A DNA stretch of 64,000 nucleotides. It comes from an uncultured Planctomycetota bacterium (GTDB lineage Bacteria; Planctomycetota; Planctomycetia; Isosphaerales; Isosphaeraceae). Made by a program: the position numbers and the translations under genes. The stretch is taken from positions 704,001 through 768,000 of the forward strand of contig CAWGMQ010000011.1 of assembly GCA_963823665.1 (NCBI GenBank), written 5' to 3'. Numbering within the stretch: the stretch's first letter is position 1; every line of letters starts with the position of its first letter. Under the pieces are notes generated by a model, which saw nothing but the letters and a program-made list of their open reading frames with translations, was not told the DNA's origin and searched no databases. Of the stretch, positions 1 to 11,023 are shown piece by piece.

Positions 1-460
1 TCTTGAGCCGAGATCTCGGAGCTGAAGACGACCACGGTGGTCACGAGCCGCCTTCGATGCCGTGGGACCGACGCCCTTCCATCCTTGAGTTTGTGCCCAG
101 GCTGCGAAGGCGCTTGGCATCAATACCTGGGATTTTCATTGGCGACGATTACAAGAGAAGCCTGCCGATATGGGCCGGTGGTATTACGTCATGGTCCTTT
201 GTGATGATGTTCGCATCGGAAAGGTCATCGAATTTGCTGAAGCGAAGCTCGATCTGGCGGGAATTGCAACGGGCGCTGCCGATGAATTAGGGCTGGGCCG
301 TGGCTTCGAGCAGCATTCCTGTCTGGATTACATCCTCTACGGGGGGATGATAGTAGCAGCGGAGTTTGCATTAGGCATCGATCTTCGGGGATCGGTTCCT
401 GGTGAACCGGGAACCTGAAGCGAGCAGGCTCACCTGCCGCTTCGCTTCGATCACTCTTGG

Positions 461-679
461 TCAGCTACAAGCAGCCTGGCGATTGATTGTCTGATCGATC
501 CCGGACTCGAAAGTGTCACAAACCAGACCGGCTACCAGCCAACTTAGCGGGACGTGCCGCTGCTGAGCAACTCGACGAAGGTGGCAAAGAAGATCGTCGG
601 ACAAGACCACGGTGATTTTGGGCTTCGCTTCCAAGACATTCGCTCCCGGATCATGGTTGTTGATGAACGGAGGCATCAT
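461..679 (-). CDS. small ribbon-helix-helix (CopG-like) DNA-binding protein
   Basis: 72 aa; KITVVLSDDLLCHLRRVAQQRHVPLSWLVAGLV fits a beta-strand-helix-helix pattern; purine-rich SD-like sequence upstream. Confidence 0.5.
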   Translation of the reverse strand: MMPPFINNHDPGANVLEAKPKITVVLSDDLLCHLRRVAQQRHVPLSWLVAGLVCDTFESGIDQTINRQAACS

Positions 680-757
680 GCCTCCTCGAGCCCCTCCTTC
701 TACGATTAGAATAGTTCACAATTCCTGTGGCTGACAAATCCAGGCGGTGAACACCGC

Positions 758-958
758 TTGGGATCTAGGAAAGCATTCTGGATCGGCTTCGCCCTGTTCG
801 GCTGGATGTCTCTGGCGCTGGCGCTGATCCCGTCTGTCAGGATTGGGCACTCGCTGATTGCTTTGCTGTTCGGTTGGCTTGGTGGACAACTCTCTCGCCG
901 TTTTTGCCGAGCTTCCAGAATGAATGAGTCATCGAGGGATTCCAGACACCCATCCTAG
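758..958 (+). pseudogene. fragment of a small membrane protein
   Basis: hydrophobic RKAFWIGFALFGW...IGHSLIALLFGWLGGQLSR; TTG start with no clear SD, looks truncated. Confidence 0.3.
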
Positions 959-997
959 TGTCCGACGCTCCGCAAACGGTGGGTGTCTGACATCCCC
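935..997. repeat. REP/MITE-like palindromic repeat, copy 1
   Basis: agggattccagacacccatc ... ggtgggtgtctgacatcccc are inverted (16/20); core 957-997 recurs at 8017 and 13558. Confidence 0.7.
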
Positions 998-1311
998 CGT
1001 TGCAGTCCTCCTTGTGGTAAAATGCCTGAAGCTGAAGGCGATAAGAAAGGGAGGCGAGAAATGCTTGAAATCAAATCATTCGATGCCGTAATCGCGGGTG
1101 GCCGAATTCATAACGAAGAGAATCTGCGTCGTTGGGAAGGAGAAGAAGTCCGAGTCACCGTGCACTTTCGCGCCCGTGAAATTGCAGGCGCCGCTCGCTG
1201 CGTCTGTAAGGTATGACCGGAGCAATCGGGCTCATCGGTCAGATCCCAAGTTCGCCCATTTTTCGCGTGTTGCACGGGACACCCCTCCGCCGCACGTGAG
1301 TAATCCGAGCA

Positions 1312-2265
1312 ATGAGAAACATTTTTCGGGTTGGCGTTATCGGCCTGGCACTGGCGGGCACCGCGGCCTTTCAGACCGTCAGCCGAGACCCGGCCCCACA
1401 ACCGAGTCCACCGACCGACCGAACTTATCCGGAGCTGGAAACCCGGTTGGCCCCTCTGGCGAGAAAACTCGGGCCGCCGCGTCCGGGAGAGTGGTTGTAC
1501 GAACAAAAGGAACTGGGCCAGACGTTCGCTGAATACGTCAGGGCCCAACCCGTGCGCCGCAGCCGGCGTTGGAAACGGATCTATCTTTGCCTGGTCGGCG
1601 AATTCAGCGACGAGCAGCGGCGCGTTCTGAACCGCACGTGCGAGTATTTGGAGCTATTCTTCGATACACCGGTCGTGGTACACGCCCACGTGAAGCTCGC
1701 GGACATCCCCGCTGAAGCCCAGCGGAAGCATCCGGCGTGGGGCGATGCCCAGATCTTGACGACCTACGTGCTGCATGAGCTGCTGAAGCCAAATCGTCCT
1801 GAAGACGCCTTGGCCTACCTGGCATTCACCGCCAGCGATTTGTGGCCGGGCGAGAACTGGAATTATGTGTTCGGCCAGGCAAGCCTGCACGAGAGAACCG
1901 GCGTCTGGTCGATTTATCGCAACGGCGATCCGGCGGCCGGCGCCGCTGCGTTTCAACTTTGCCTGAAGCGGACGCTGGGCACCGCCTCGCACGAGACGGC
2001 ACACATCCTCACGATGCAGCACTGCACAGCATTCGAATGCAGCATGAACGGTAGCAACAACCAGGTGGAATCGGATGACAAGCCACTTCGCCTGTGCCCG
2101 ACTTGCCTGCGCAAGTTGTGCTGGAATCTTCAAGTCGAACCGACTGCATACCTGCAGAGGCTCGAGCGGTTTTGCCGCAAGGCTGGATTTCTTGAAGACG
2201 CCGAATGGTACGCGCGGGCGATCCAGATCTTGTTCACCCCTCACCGACGCCAACCTCCGTCGTGA
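1312..2265 (+). CDS. archaemetzincin-like zinc metallopeptidase (M54), secreted
   Basis: HETAHILTMQHC...CSM...LCPTC metzincin plus Cys4 motif; WNYVFGQAS; N-terminal signal peptide. Confidence 0.85.
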   Translation: MRNIFRVGVIGLALAGTAAFQTVSRDPAPQPSPPTDRTYPELETRLAPLARKLGPPRPGEWLYEQKELGQTFAEYVRAQPVRRSRRWKRIYLCLVGEFSDEQRRVLNRTCEYLELFFDTPVVVHAHVKLADIPAEAQRKHPAWGDAQILTTYVLHELLKPNRPEDALAYLAFTASDLWPGENWNYVFGQASLHERTGVWSIYRNGDPAAGAAAFQLCLKRTLGTASHETAHILTMQHCTAFECSMNGSNNQVESDDKPLRLCPTCLRKLCWNLQVEPTAYLQRLERFCRKAGFLEDAEWYARAIQILFTPHRRQPPS

Positions 2266-2472
2266 ATTCCTAATGCACCCTAAGACCAGCCCGGCCGACG
2301 AGGTCGAGCGCTACCGCAGCGCGGGCGATCATCGGTTTACATAAACTGCTATAGCGAGTATACACTGCTTCGATCTTGCAGAGTTTGTCGACGAGCTGCA
2401 TCTGCCACGGCCTATGGTGCGGCCTAATAAAGCCGTTACGTCGGCCGGACGGATAGTCGGGGGGGCCGGATC

Positions 2473-3772
2473 ATGAACAAGAAACGCGGGGCGTCGCGAT
2501 CGGCGCGCGCCGGCACAGCGGCTCCGCCGAGCTCGGCGGCCGAGAGGCGTAGGGCACTGGATGTCGAGCGGGTTCTGCGCTGGGCCGATGCCCACCGCAC
2601 GGCGACCGGGCAATGGCCTGACCGGGGTTCCGGGTCGGTCAGCTCGGTGGACGACGAGAACCTGGTCAGCGATCGACACCGCCTTGAGGCGGGGCCGACG
2701 CGGGCAACCTGGGGGATCGTCGCTGGCCATACTGCTGGCCGAGGAGCGCGGAGTCACGCAAGGGGCTAACCCGGAGTCGCCGGTCGACCGGCTGCGAGCC
2801 TGGGAGGCCGAGCAGTTCCCGACACGGCGGCCACGGCGCCACCGCGCGGCGCGACCGCGCGCGACCACCCGCCTCACGATCGACTTGATCCTGGCCTGGG
2901 CCGACGCGCATCACGCGGCCAACGGCCGGTGGCCGACTGCGTGGTCGTCCGGTCCGGTCTCTGGCGTGCCCGTCGAGACCTGGCCGAGGCTCGACCGCGC
3001 TCTGCGGGTCGGCCGCCGCGGCCTGCGCGGCGGTATTACGCTGGCCCAGTTGCTTGCCGAGCACCGCCAGGCTCCTAACATCTACACGGAGCCATCGCTG
3101 ACGGCCGGGCAGATCATCGCCTGGGCCGAGGCGCACCGCGCCGCCACCGGCCGCTGGCCGTCATCGCGGTCCGGCCCGGTGCGCCACGCCGAGGGCGAGC
3201 ACTGGAACTCGATCGACAACGCCCTGCGCCAGGGCTACCGCGGCCTGCCCGGACGCGAGTCGCTCGGCCGCGTGATTCGCGCGCACGCCGGTCCGCACGC
3301 GTACCGGACCCGCCCCGCGCTCACGGTCGAGCAGCTCCTCGCCTGGGCCAGCGCCCACCGCGAGGCCACCGGCGAGTGGCCCGGCGAAGATTCCGGGTCG
3401 GTCCGCGGGGTACCTGGGGAGAACTGGAAGGCGATCAGCCTCGCGCTGTGCCGGGGCAGTCGCGGCCTGCCCGGCGGCTCGTCGCTCGCACAGCTACTGG
3501 CCCAGCACTGCGGCGCCCGCAACCAGCGGGACCTACCTCGTCTCTCGATCGCGCAGATCCTCGCCTGGGCCGACGCCCACCGCGCTGCGACCGGCCGCTG
3601 GCCATCGGCGATCTCCGACCCCGTGGCCAAGGGATCGGAGGAGACGTGGTCACTCGTCAATATGGCCCTGCACAAGGGCCACCGCGGCCTGCCCGGCCAC
3701 TCGTCGCTGGCCCGCCTGCTGGCGAAGCACCGGGCGCTGCGACCGCGGTGCGCGGCTCGGAGGCCGGCCTGA
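2473..3772 (+). CDS. protein with five ~70-aa repeats (ILAWADAHxxATGxWP...TW.AID.ALR.G.RGLPGGSSLA.LLA); frameshift near 2660
   Basis: ORFs 2473-2769 and 2561-3772 join into one repeat series if one extra A in gagaacctgg is removed. Confidence 0.75.
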
Positions 3773-3828
3773 TCAGCTCCGGTCTGGCCGCCGCTGACGA
3801 TCTTGAACGAGGTCGGCTGGATGGTCAT
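3745..3828 (-). pseudogene. 5' fragment of a SLOG / putative Mo-carrier family gene
   Basis: MTIQPTSFKIVSGGQTGADQAGLRAA; the SGGQTGAD motif typifies this family; start overlaps the upstream stop (TGATG); similarity ends after ~28 codons. Confidence 0.65.
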
Positions 3829-4463
3829 CAAAGATGATTCAGGAAGTCACTGAGCGCTTGCGGATCAGCAGTCGGGCTCACTCCGTGCGGGCCTTCGTAA
3901 TAATACACGTGCTCGCCCGGGAAATCCTGATTGAAATACATGGTGCTCGGCCCGGCAACGACGTTGTGATCGCGCGACCCGAAGGCATCAATCTCATAAG
4001 CACTCGTGTTCCCCGGCCCGCTCAGCAGGCGGATGATGGCTGGGTTCAAATGGGCGTGTCCCGTCACAAAACGGTAATCGCGATCGCCATGGTGAAAAGC
4101 CAGATAATCTCTCAAGTCCGGCGGCCCGTAGAAAGCCGCAGCGGTCTTGACGTTCAACCCCGGTATCCCGACCAGGCGCAACGCCAGCGTGCCGCCGGCG
4201 CTGAAGCCGATTAACCCGATCGGCTGACCCTTGCTGAGCGAGCGAACCTCGCTCGCAACCTGGTAGAACGGGCCTGGCCCATTCATCGCAGGCATCGTCA
4301 ACTGGATCGCGCGGTCGCCGTGTGAGTCGAGCAGCGCGGCTGTGTTTTGCGTCAACTGATTCGGTGTGGCCTCACCAAAGCCGTTGCCGTTGAAAACGAA
4401 GACCAGGCTCGACAAGCTTCGAGCTTCCAGTTGCTCGATCGATAATGGGCGGCGTCGTTTCAT
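3828..4463 (-). CDS. alpha/beta hydrolase with a planctomycete LEPR-XLL-type N-terminus
   Basis: MKRRRPLSIEQLEARSLSS; GFSAGG nucleophile elbow; candidate Asp (DHNVV) and His (GPHG). Confidence 0.75.
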   Translation of the reverse strand: MKRRRPLSIEQLEARSLSSLVFVFNGNGFGEATPNQLTQNTAALLDSHGDRAIQLTMPAMNGPGPFYQVASEVRSLSKGQPIGLIGFSAGGTLALRLVGIPGLNVKTAAAFYGPPDLRDYLAFHHGDRDYRFVTGHAHLNPAIIRLLSGPGNTSAYEIDAFGSRDHNVVAGPSTMYFNQDFPGEHVYYYEGPHGVSPTADPQALSDFLNHL

Positions 4464-4584
4464 GGTGATCTCTCATCGATGCAGATGCGGCGACGGGCGG
4501 CGGGTGCCGGATTCTCCTTGGCTACATCGTCCCACTGGTCACCGGCCAGCGACAGGGTGACCGGCACACTCACGATCGCGTGGG

Positions 4585-5977
4585 TCAAGCGACGATTTCC
4601 AGAATAGGGCGGCCCCACGGAACCAGCGCAAACGGGCGCTCGAGTCGGTCGCGAAGCTCGAGGTCGGCAGGTATTCCCAGGCAATGGTAAATCGTCGCGA
4701 TGATTTCGGCAGGAATTACCGGAGAACTGTTGGGCCGTGCCCCGATCTTGTCGCTCGACCCGTGGACGTAGCCGGCCTTCACGCCGCCGCCGATGAGCAT
4801 GAGGCTGTAGCAATAGTTCCAGTGGTCGCGGCCGGCCGCCGCATTGACCTTGGGGCTGCGGCCGAACTCCCCCATGACCACGACCAAAGTGCGTTCAAGC
4901 ATTCCGCGCGAGCAGGTCCTCGATCAGTGTGCCGAGGGCCGCGTCGAGCCCGGGGAGGAGCTCGTTCTTGAGTTTGTTGAAATTGTCGCCGTGCGTATCC
5001 CAGGTGGCGTTGGCGTTGGGCGCCCACGAGATGCAGGCGACCCGCGTGCCGGCCTCGATGAGCCTGCGCGCCAGGAGCGTGCTTTGGCCGTAGATGTTGC
5101 GGCCATAGGAGTCGCGCAGGCGGGGATCCTCGCGGTCGAGTTCGAACGCGCGCCGGGCCTTCGCGGCGGTGAGCAGATCGAACGCACGGGCCTGGAAGCC
5201 GTCCATCTCCTGGAGCCGACGGTCGCGCGCGAGCGCCTCGGCCACATGCCCCACGCCGGCGAGGAGCCGCTTGCGATTGCTGAACCGAGCGAGCCCGACC
5301 CCTTCGGGGAGCCCAAGCTCCGGCATCCCGAAATCCGGCGCGTTGGGGTCGTTGAGTATAAACATGGGGTCGACATTTCGGCCCAGCCAGCCGCCGAAGA
5401 AACCCGGCTGCGGCGGACCGCCGGCCCCTTCGGCCGTGATGTACGGCATCGAAACATAAGGTGGAACCACCGCCCGGGGGGGACGGCAAAGGCTCACGAC
5501 CGAACCCATCGCCGGGTAATCGTTCGGGCCCGTGCCGATCGCCACCGTTGCGTCGCCGCGATCATGACCGGTCAGGCCGACGTAGACGGCCGCTGCGTGC
5601 GCATTGTTCACGCTGTGGTGGACCGACCGGATCAAGGTTGCGTGGTGCATGAACCGCGCCAGGCGGGGCAGGTGCTCGCAGACGGGGACGCCGGGGAAGC
5701 TCGAGTCAATCGGCCTGAACTCTCCGCGGATCTCCGCGGGTGCGTCCGGCTTCATGTCCCACATATCGAGGTGGCTCGGCCCGCCATCGAGGAACAGAAT
5801 GATGCAAGCGTCGGCACGCGGCGTCAGCCCGGTGCCGTTCGGTTGCGCCTCGGCCCGCAGCAGGCGGGGCAGGCTCAACCCCATACATGCCGCGCTCCCC
5901 ACCTGGAGCATCGTGCGGCGCGAGACTCGCGAAGGTCCAGGGCATCGAGGAAAGTCAATCAAGGCTGAACTCCTCAA
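4585..5977 (-). CDS. DUF1501 family protein (Tat-like RR signal); frameshift near 4900
   Basis: SRRTMLQVG, LFLDGGPSHLDMWDMKP, WDTH, GEFGRSPKVN..GRDHW across two ORFs. Confidence 0.9.
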
Positions 5978-6311
5978 CTGCGGGCGTCCCGACGCGGCTC
6001 AATGGAGACCAAACCAGCCGTTTGTGACCCAGAGCGGCAGCGATCGATTGCCCTGCGTGCCTTCTTGAGCTGGGGATTTAGGATTCGAAGTTAGCTGCGA
6101 AGCGTTGAGGACATATTGGCCTGACGTTGCAAATACGTTGCTGCCCCTCCGGTTGCGTAAAAATCACATAGCAAACATATTGAACCAACATTGGGTTCAC
6201 ATGGGCAATATCTTCCCCTGTTTTTCCCCTGCGATTCTGACATCCCCCGTACCGTGAGCGGCTGACCTCCCGGTGTGCTAGCCCAAGTTTTCTATCAATC
6301 CTTTCCATTTC

Positions 6312-6483
6312 TTGTTATTCTTTAATCGGTTGGTCTGACGACTGAGTGGAACCGCTGGGTCTTCCCGATCTGGTCGATGCTTCTCCCTCGACTTATCCAC
6401 CAAATGGGCTTCAACCGAAGCCCCTTTCTTCTCGACCCTGAAAGCATCCCGAGGGTCGTCAGACTTTTGTTCGGAGTTCAATC
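6312..6483 (+). promoter_or_regulatory. extended -10 (TGtTATTCT) and structured 5' leader of RRM gene 1
   Basis: homologous to 7184-7357; stems 6333-6342/6455-6464, 6406-6423 and 6433-6439/6452-6458; SD GGAG at 6473. Confidence 0.55.
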
Positions 6484-6822
6484 GTGGGTAAGAAGCTGTA
6501 TGTGGGCAATCTGACTTACAACGTAGACGAGTCCGCCCTGGAGGCGTTGTTCACGCCGTTCGGGTCGGTCCAGAGCGCACAGGTCATCGTCGATCGGGAC
6601 ACCAACCGCTCGAAGGGGTTCGCATTCGTGGAGATGGGCTCTGACGCCGAGGCGCAGGCAGCCATCCAGGGTCTCAACGGTCACGACCACGACGGCCGGA
6701 ACCTGACGGTCAACGAGGCTAAACCACGGGAGGAACGTGGGGGCGGTGGCGGTGGTGGTCGGGGCGGCTACGGCGGCGGTGGTGGTTATGGAGGTGGAGG
6801 CGGTGGCGGTCGGCGTTATTGA
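6484..6822 (+). CDS. RRM RNA-binding protein with Gly-rich tail
   Basis: RNP2 LYVGNL, RNP1 KGFAFVEM, GGGY tail; SD GGAG. Confidence 0.95.
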   Translation: MGKKLYVGNLTYNVDESALEALFTPFGSVQSAQVIVDRDTNRSKGFAFVEMGSDAEAQAAIQGLNGHDHDGRNLTVNEAKPREERGGGGGGGRGGYGGGGGYGGGGGGGRRY

Positions 6823-7183
6823 GCATTCGATACTGCCGCAGGGTCAAGGAGCTTCCTCAACGGGGGCTCCTTGATCGACTTGATAATACAGTAATAACGA
6901 GAGATAAGCTGGCGGGCAGATTTTGACACCGGGATGCTGAATCGCCTGGTCCCTGTGCTCTGTACGATCCGCTCCTTCTCGCTTCCACCTCAGAAAGCAT
7001 CTCGGCTTGACGCCCCCCGGCGAACAGGGTGATGTATTGCCCTGCCTCCGTCCCGTCACACCCCTTTGCAATCGGTTGCCCTCTCTTGTTTGCAGAAATG
7101 CTCCCTCGTGTCCGAAATGCACACCGCTTCCTGGCGGTTCGATAGAGTTGACCGTTTAGTCATTTCTTTTTGTATTCAGATAA

Positions 7184-7357
7184 GTTATACTTCAAGTGGT
7201 TGGTTCGACGACTGAGTGCGCACTTTGGATTCCCATCGAATCGCTTTCTGTTTCCCCTCTCGCCTTTCCCACCTCCTGGGCTCCTGTGTGTGCCCCTTTC
7301 TCATCGACCCAGAAAGCAATCAAGGGATCGACAAATCTTTTAAACAAGGAGATTAGC
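7184..7357 (+). promoter_or_regulatory. -10 box (TATACT) and 5' leader of RRM gene 2
   Basis: ggttggttcgacgactgagtg matches the first leader at 19/21; shares tcgacccWgaaagca; SD AAGGAG. Confidence 0.5.
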
Positions 7358-7666
7358 GTGGGGAAAAAATTGTATGTTGGAAATTTGACCGATGCGGTGA
7401 CTCACTCCGATCTGAAAAAATGGTTCATCCCGTTCGGGACGGTGCAGAGCGCTCAGGTGATCCAGGATCGTGAGATGGGAGGCAGCAGAGGGTTCGGTTT
7501 TGTCGAGATGGACACCGACGCCCAAGCTGAAGCTGCTATTCAGGGACTCAATGACCACGAACACGACGGGCGGCGGCTAGTGGTGAGCGAAGCCAAGCCA
7601 CGGCTAGCACAAACCTTCAGACTCGCCGGTGGCAGCGTTGGTGGTGGTGGTAATGGACGTCAGTGA
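7358..7666 (+). CDS. second RRM RNA-binding protein (paralogue)
   Basis: GKKLYVGNL, RGFGFVEM; GTG start after AAGGAG. Confidence 0.9.
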   Translation: MGKKLYVGNLTDAVTHSDLKKWFIPFGTVQSAQVIQDREMGGSRGFGFVEMDTDAQAEAAIQGLNDHEHDGRRLVVSEAKPRLAQTFRLAGGSVGGGGNGRQ

Positions 7667-7792
7667 TCCCTACGATGCCGCCGATCGGTCTAGTGACCAT
7701 CTTCGTGACCTCTGGCTTGCCGATCATTTGAATCGAAGGAATAGGGCTGACTCATCAAAGCTCCCATCAGCGTTCTCACAGACCAGGTACCC

Positions 7793-7996
7793 ATGATATT
7801 TCCCAAGTACCGCCACGCTCCGATCATTGATCCCGATCGGAAACGCTGCCCAGTTTGCCACCAAAGCGTTTATTCACTGGCAGGAATTCATCCTCAATGT
7901 GCGATCAAGCGAGCTGATGCTCTGGAATCATTGAGCAGGAAGGCGGCATCCAAAGCTGGTTCTCCAGTCGTTGTCGTCGCTCTTCGGACGGGGTAG
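7793..7996 (+). CDS. small Cys/His zinc-finger-like protein
   Basis: CPVC...GIHPQC in 67 aa. Confidence 0.6.
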   Translation: MIFPKYRHAPIIDPDRKRCPVCHQSVYSLAGIHPQCAIKRADALESLSRKAASKAGSPVVVVALRTG

Positions 7997-8013
7997 GACC
8001 GATGGATCAGAAT

Positions 8014-8071
8014 GCCAGTGCCCGACGCTCGGCAAACGGTGGGCGTCTGACATCCCGGTGTCTGACATCCC
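8014..8071. repeat. dispersed repeat copy 2, with the gtctgacatccc end duplicated
   Basis: gccagtgcccgacgctcggcaaacggtgggcgtctgacatcccggtgtctgacatccc. Confidence 0.75.
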
Positions 8072-8089
8072 TTTCGGGCAGCTATCGCT

Positions 8090-10992
8090 TCACGGCGCAA
8101 ATGGGTTGGCCGGGAAGCCGCGGTCGAACAGCTCGGCCAGCAGGCGGCGGAAGTCGTCGCGACCGCGCAGTGGGGCGAGGTCGGGATCGCGGCTGGTCTT
8201 GGCGGCATCATTCCACCCGGCGGCGATGGCCTGCTTGAGCGTCTGGACCGCTTGGGCCGCCAAAGCCTGCTGTTGCTCTCCCCGCGCGAGCCGGACGCAG
8301 AGCGCGAGGGCAGCGCCCACGTTGTAAAAGTCGACAGGGTTGTGCTGCGCCAGCGCTGCCAGCTCCCGCGTTGTCTGGATCGCCTCGGCCGGCTGATTCA
8401 GCGCGCCGTGCACTTTCACGAGATTGACCATGTGGGCACGGAGAGCCCGTGGATAGACCGGATGACCGGGCATTGCCTTTAGCGCCGCCCGCTGAGACCC
8501 GATCGCCCGCTCCAGCCGCTCGAGCGCCTGCCTCCATCGGCCCTCGCTCATGTCGAACTCGGCGACATTATTCAGAGCGATGCCCAGACTGCTTTGATAG
8601 GAATGAACCGATGGATGGTCGCGCGCCAGCCGCTCGCAAATCTCCAGGGCCCGCCGGCACCAGTTCAGTGCCTCGGCCGCATGACCCGTGGCGTTCAAGA
8701 CAAAGCTGATGTTCATGCAGTCTTCGGCCAGTTCGCTCTGAAGCTGGGTGACGGAGGGGTTGTCGCGGGCAAGCTGCTCACGAACCTCGAGCGCCTTGCG
8801 GTGCCACTCGAGCGCCTCGGCCGGATCGCCCGCGTTGTACGCCAGGATGCCGATGTTGTAGTGGATCTTGGCGCGGTCGCTCTGGAACGCGATGTCGCCG
8901 GGATGGTCGTGCGCCAGCCGCTCGACTATCTCCAGCGCTTGCCGGCATGACTTCATCGCTTCAGCCGGCTGACCGACCAGGAAAAGCGTCGTGCCGAGGT
9001 TGTCGTAGGTACTCGCCAAATCGCTCTGGTACTCGGTTACGGCGGGATGGTCGCGGGCCAGCCGCTCGCGAATCGTCAGGGCATTCCGGTACGCCTCTAG
9101 CGCCGCCGCCGGATCGCCGGCCATGCGCAGCAGGTTGCCGATGTTGTTGTGGCTGTAGGCAAGATCTCGCTGATAGTTGGCGACCGTGGGATTACCACCA
9201 AAGAGCATCTCGCGGATCGCCAGCGCTCTTCGGTGCGACAAGAGCGCGGCGGCCGGATCGCCCGTGGCGATCAACAGGTTGCCGATGTTGTTGTGGCTTG
9301 CGGCCAGATCGCTCTGGTACTCGCTCTGGGTGGGGTGGTCGCGGGCCAGCCCTTCGAGGATGGCGAGCGCCTCGGTATAGGAGCGAATCGCGTCGGGGAT
9401 GGAGCCAATCTCCGCGGTCGTTCCGGCGAGTTCAAGTTTTGCCCCGGCGAGCCTCGCCAGGGATTCGGCACGGGTGCCGCGGTCGGCCTGGAGCTGATCG
9501 GTAAGCTTGCGGAAGAACTCGAGCGGCTCCCTGAGGAGGGCTTTGCGCAGGGGAGCCAGCTCGAGGTGGTTCTTCAACCCGGCATTGGCCGTGACAGCGT
9601 CGCGGAACTTCTTCACCGCGTCGATGGCCAGCTCCTCGCGCGCAGCGCCAGTTGCCGCTGCCGGCCCAGCTCCCGGTTGTTGGCGACCAGCTCGGCGTTC
9701 TTGCCCGCCAGGACTGTGGCGAAGCCGGCCAGGCCAAGCACGCTTAGAACCAGCACGGCGGCCGTGCTGATTACCAGCGTCCGCCGCCGCCGCAGCCAGC
9801 GCCGCGCCTGAAGCGCGATCGGCTCTGGGTAGGCCGTTACCGGCTCGTCGGCCAGCCACTTGATCATGTCATCGGCCAAGGCGCGCGCCGAGGCATAGCG
9901 GTCAATGGCGCGTGCCGCCAGTGCCTTCAAGCAGATCGCCTCCAGGGCCCGCGACAGCCGCGGATCGCGCTGGCGGGGCGGCACGATCGCCGCGTCACGC
10001 ACCGCGCCAAGCCGGTCGGGGCCGCGCAGGGTCGATTCGTCGAAGGCAGACTTCCCCGTCACAATTGCGTACAGGATCAGGCCCAGGCTGAAAATGTCGC
10101 CGGCGGGGACGGCCGGCTCGCCGCGGGCCTGCTCCGGGCTCATGTATCGTGGCGTGCCCAGGACCTCGCCCGTGGCCGTGATGTCTTCCGGCGACGGGCT
10201 GGGCGACGGGAGCTCGCTGTCCCCCTCGCTCGCTGGCTCGGCCGCGCCGAACGGCTTGGCCAGGCCCCAATCCATCACCAGTGTTTCACCGTAGGGGCCA
10301 AGCATGAGGTTCGACGGCTTCAGATCGCGATGCACGACCCCCTGGTCGTGGGCGTAGGCCACCGTGTTGCAGATCGCGATGAAGTGTTGAAGCAGCGCGC
10401 GGAGCCGCAGGCTCCGGTCGCCGGGATCGGGCGGAAATGGCTCCGGTCTGTGGAAGGCGTTGATCGCCTCCTGGAGCGTCCGGCCCTCGATCAAGGGCAT
10501 GGTGTAAAACGGCCCCCGGTCGTCCTGGCCCAAGCCGTAGATCGGCACGATGCCGGGGTGCTGGAGCCGAGCAGTCAGCACGGCTTCGCGCAGGAACCGC
10601 CGCCGCGCCACCTCGCGCAGCCGGTCGGGACGGATCCGCTTGAGGGCCACGGTGCGGTCGAGCTCTTCCTCGTGAGCGGTGACGACGACCCCCAGCCCAC
10701 CATGGCCATGATGCGAGCGAGGACGATACACCGCCGTGGCGCGCAAGACCTCGGGCAGATCATCAGATTCCCTGGCGGCGCGGCGGGCGCGGTCCGCGGC
10801 CGCTAGATTCGGTTGCCGCACTTCCGTGTCGAGGACCGAGTCGATGGCTTCCAGCGCCTCGATGCGGCGCCGCACCTCCGGTTCCAGCTCCGGGTGGGCG
10901 CAGCACAGCTCCTCGATCGTTGCGGGGGTACCGTGCTCCCGCATCACTTCCCAGCGGTCGACCAGCTCATCGACGTTTGTCTTCGTTTCCAT
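8090..10992 (-). CDS. Ser/Thr protein kinase - TM - 49-aa TPR repeats; frameshift near 9650
   Basis: GHGGLG, VALKRI, HRDLKPSN, DWGLAK, GTPRYMSPE; TM helix; TPRs LAxSHNNIGNLL; end motif DPDLAPLRGRDDFRRLL. Confidence 0.9.
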
Positions 10993-11023
10993 GGGTGCCG
11001 TCACCTCGCGATTCGAGCGATCA

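Noticed and set aside
3..418. Partial gene at the window edge
   Set aside because: Two overlapping short ORFs with no recognisable motif.
1061..1216. Small antitoxin-like ORF with SD
   Set aside because: Too short, no adjacent toxin gene; unsupported.
6740..6812. GGC/GGT microsatellite
   Set aside because: It simply encodes the Gly-rich tail of the RRM protein.
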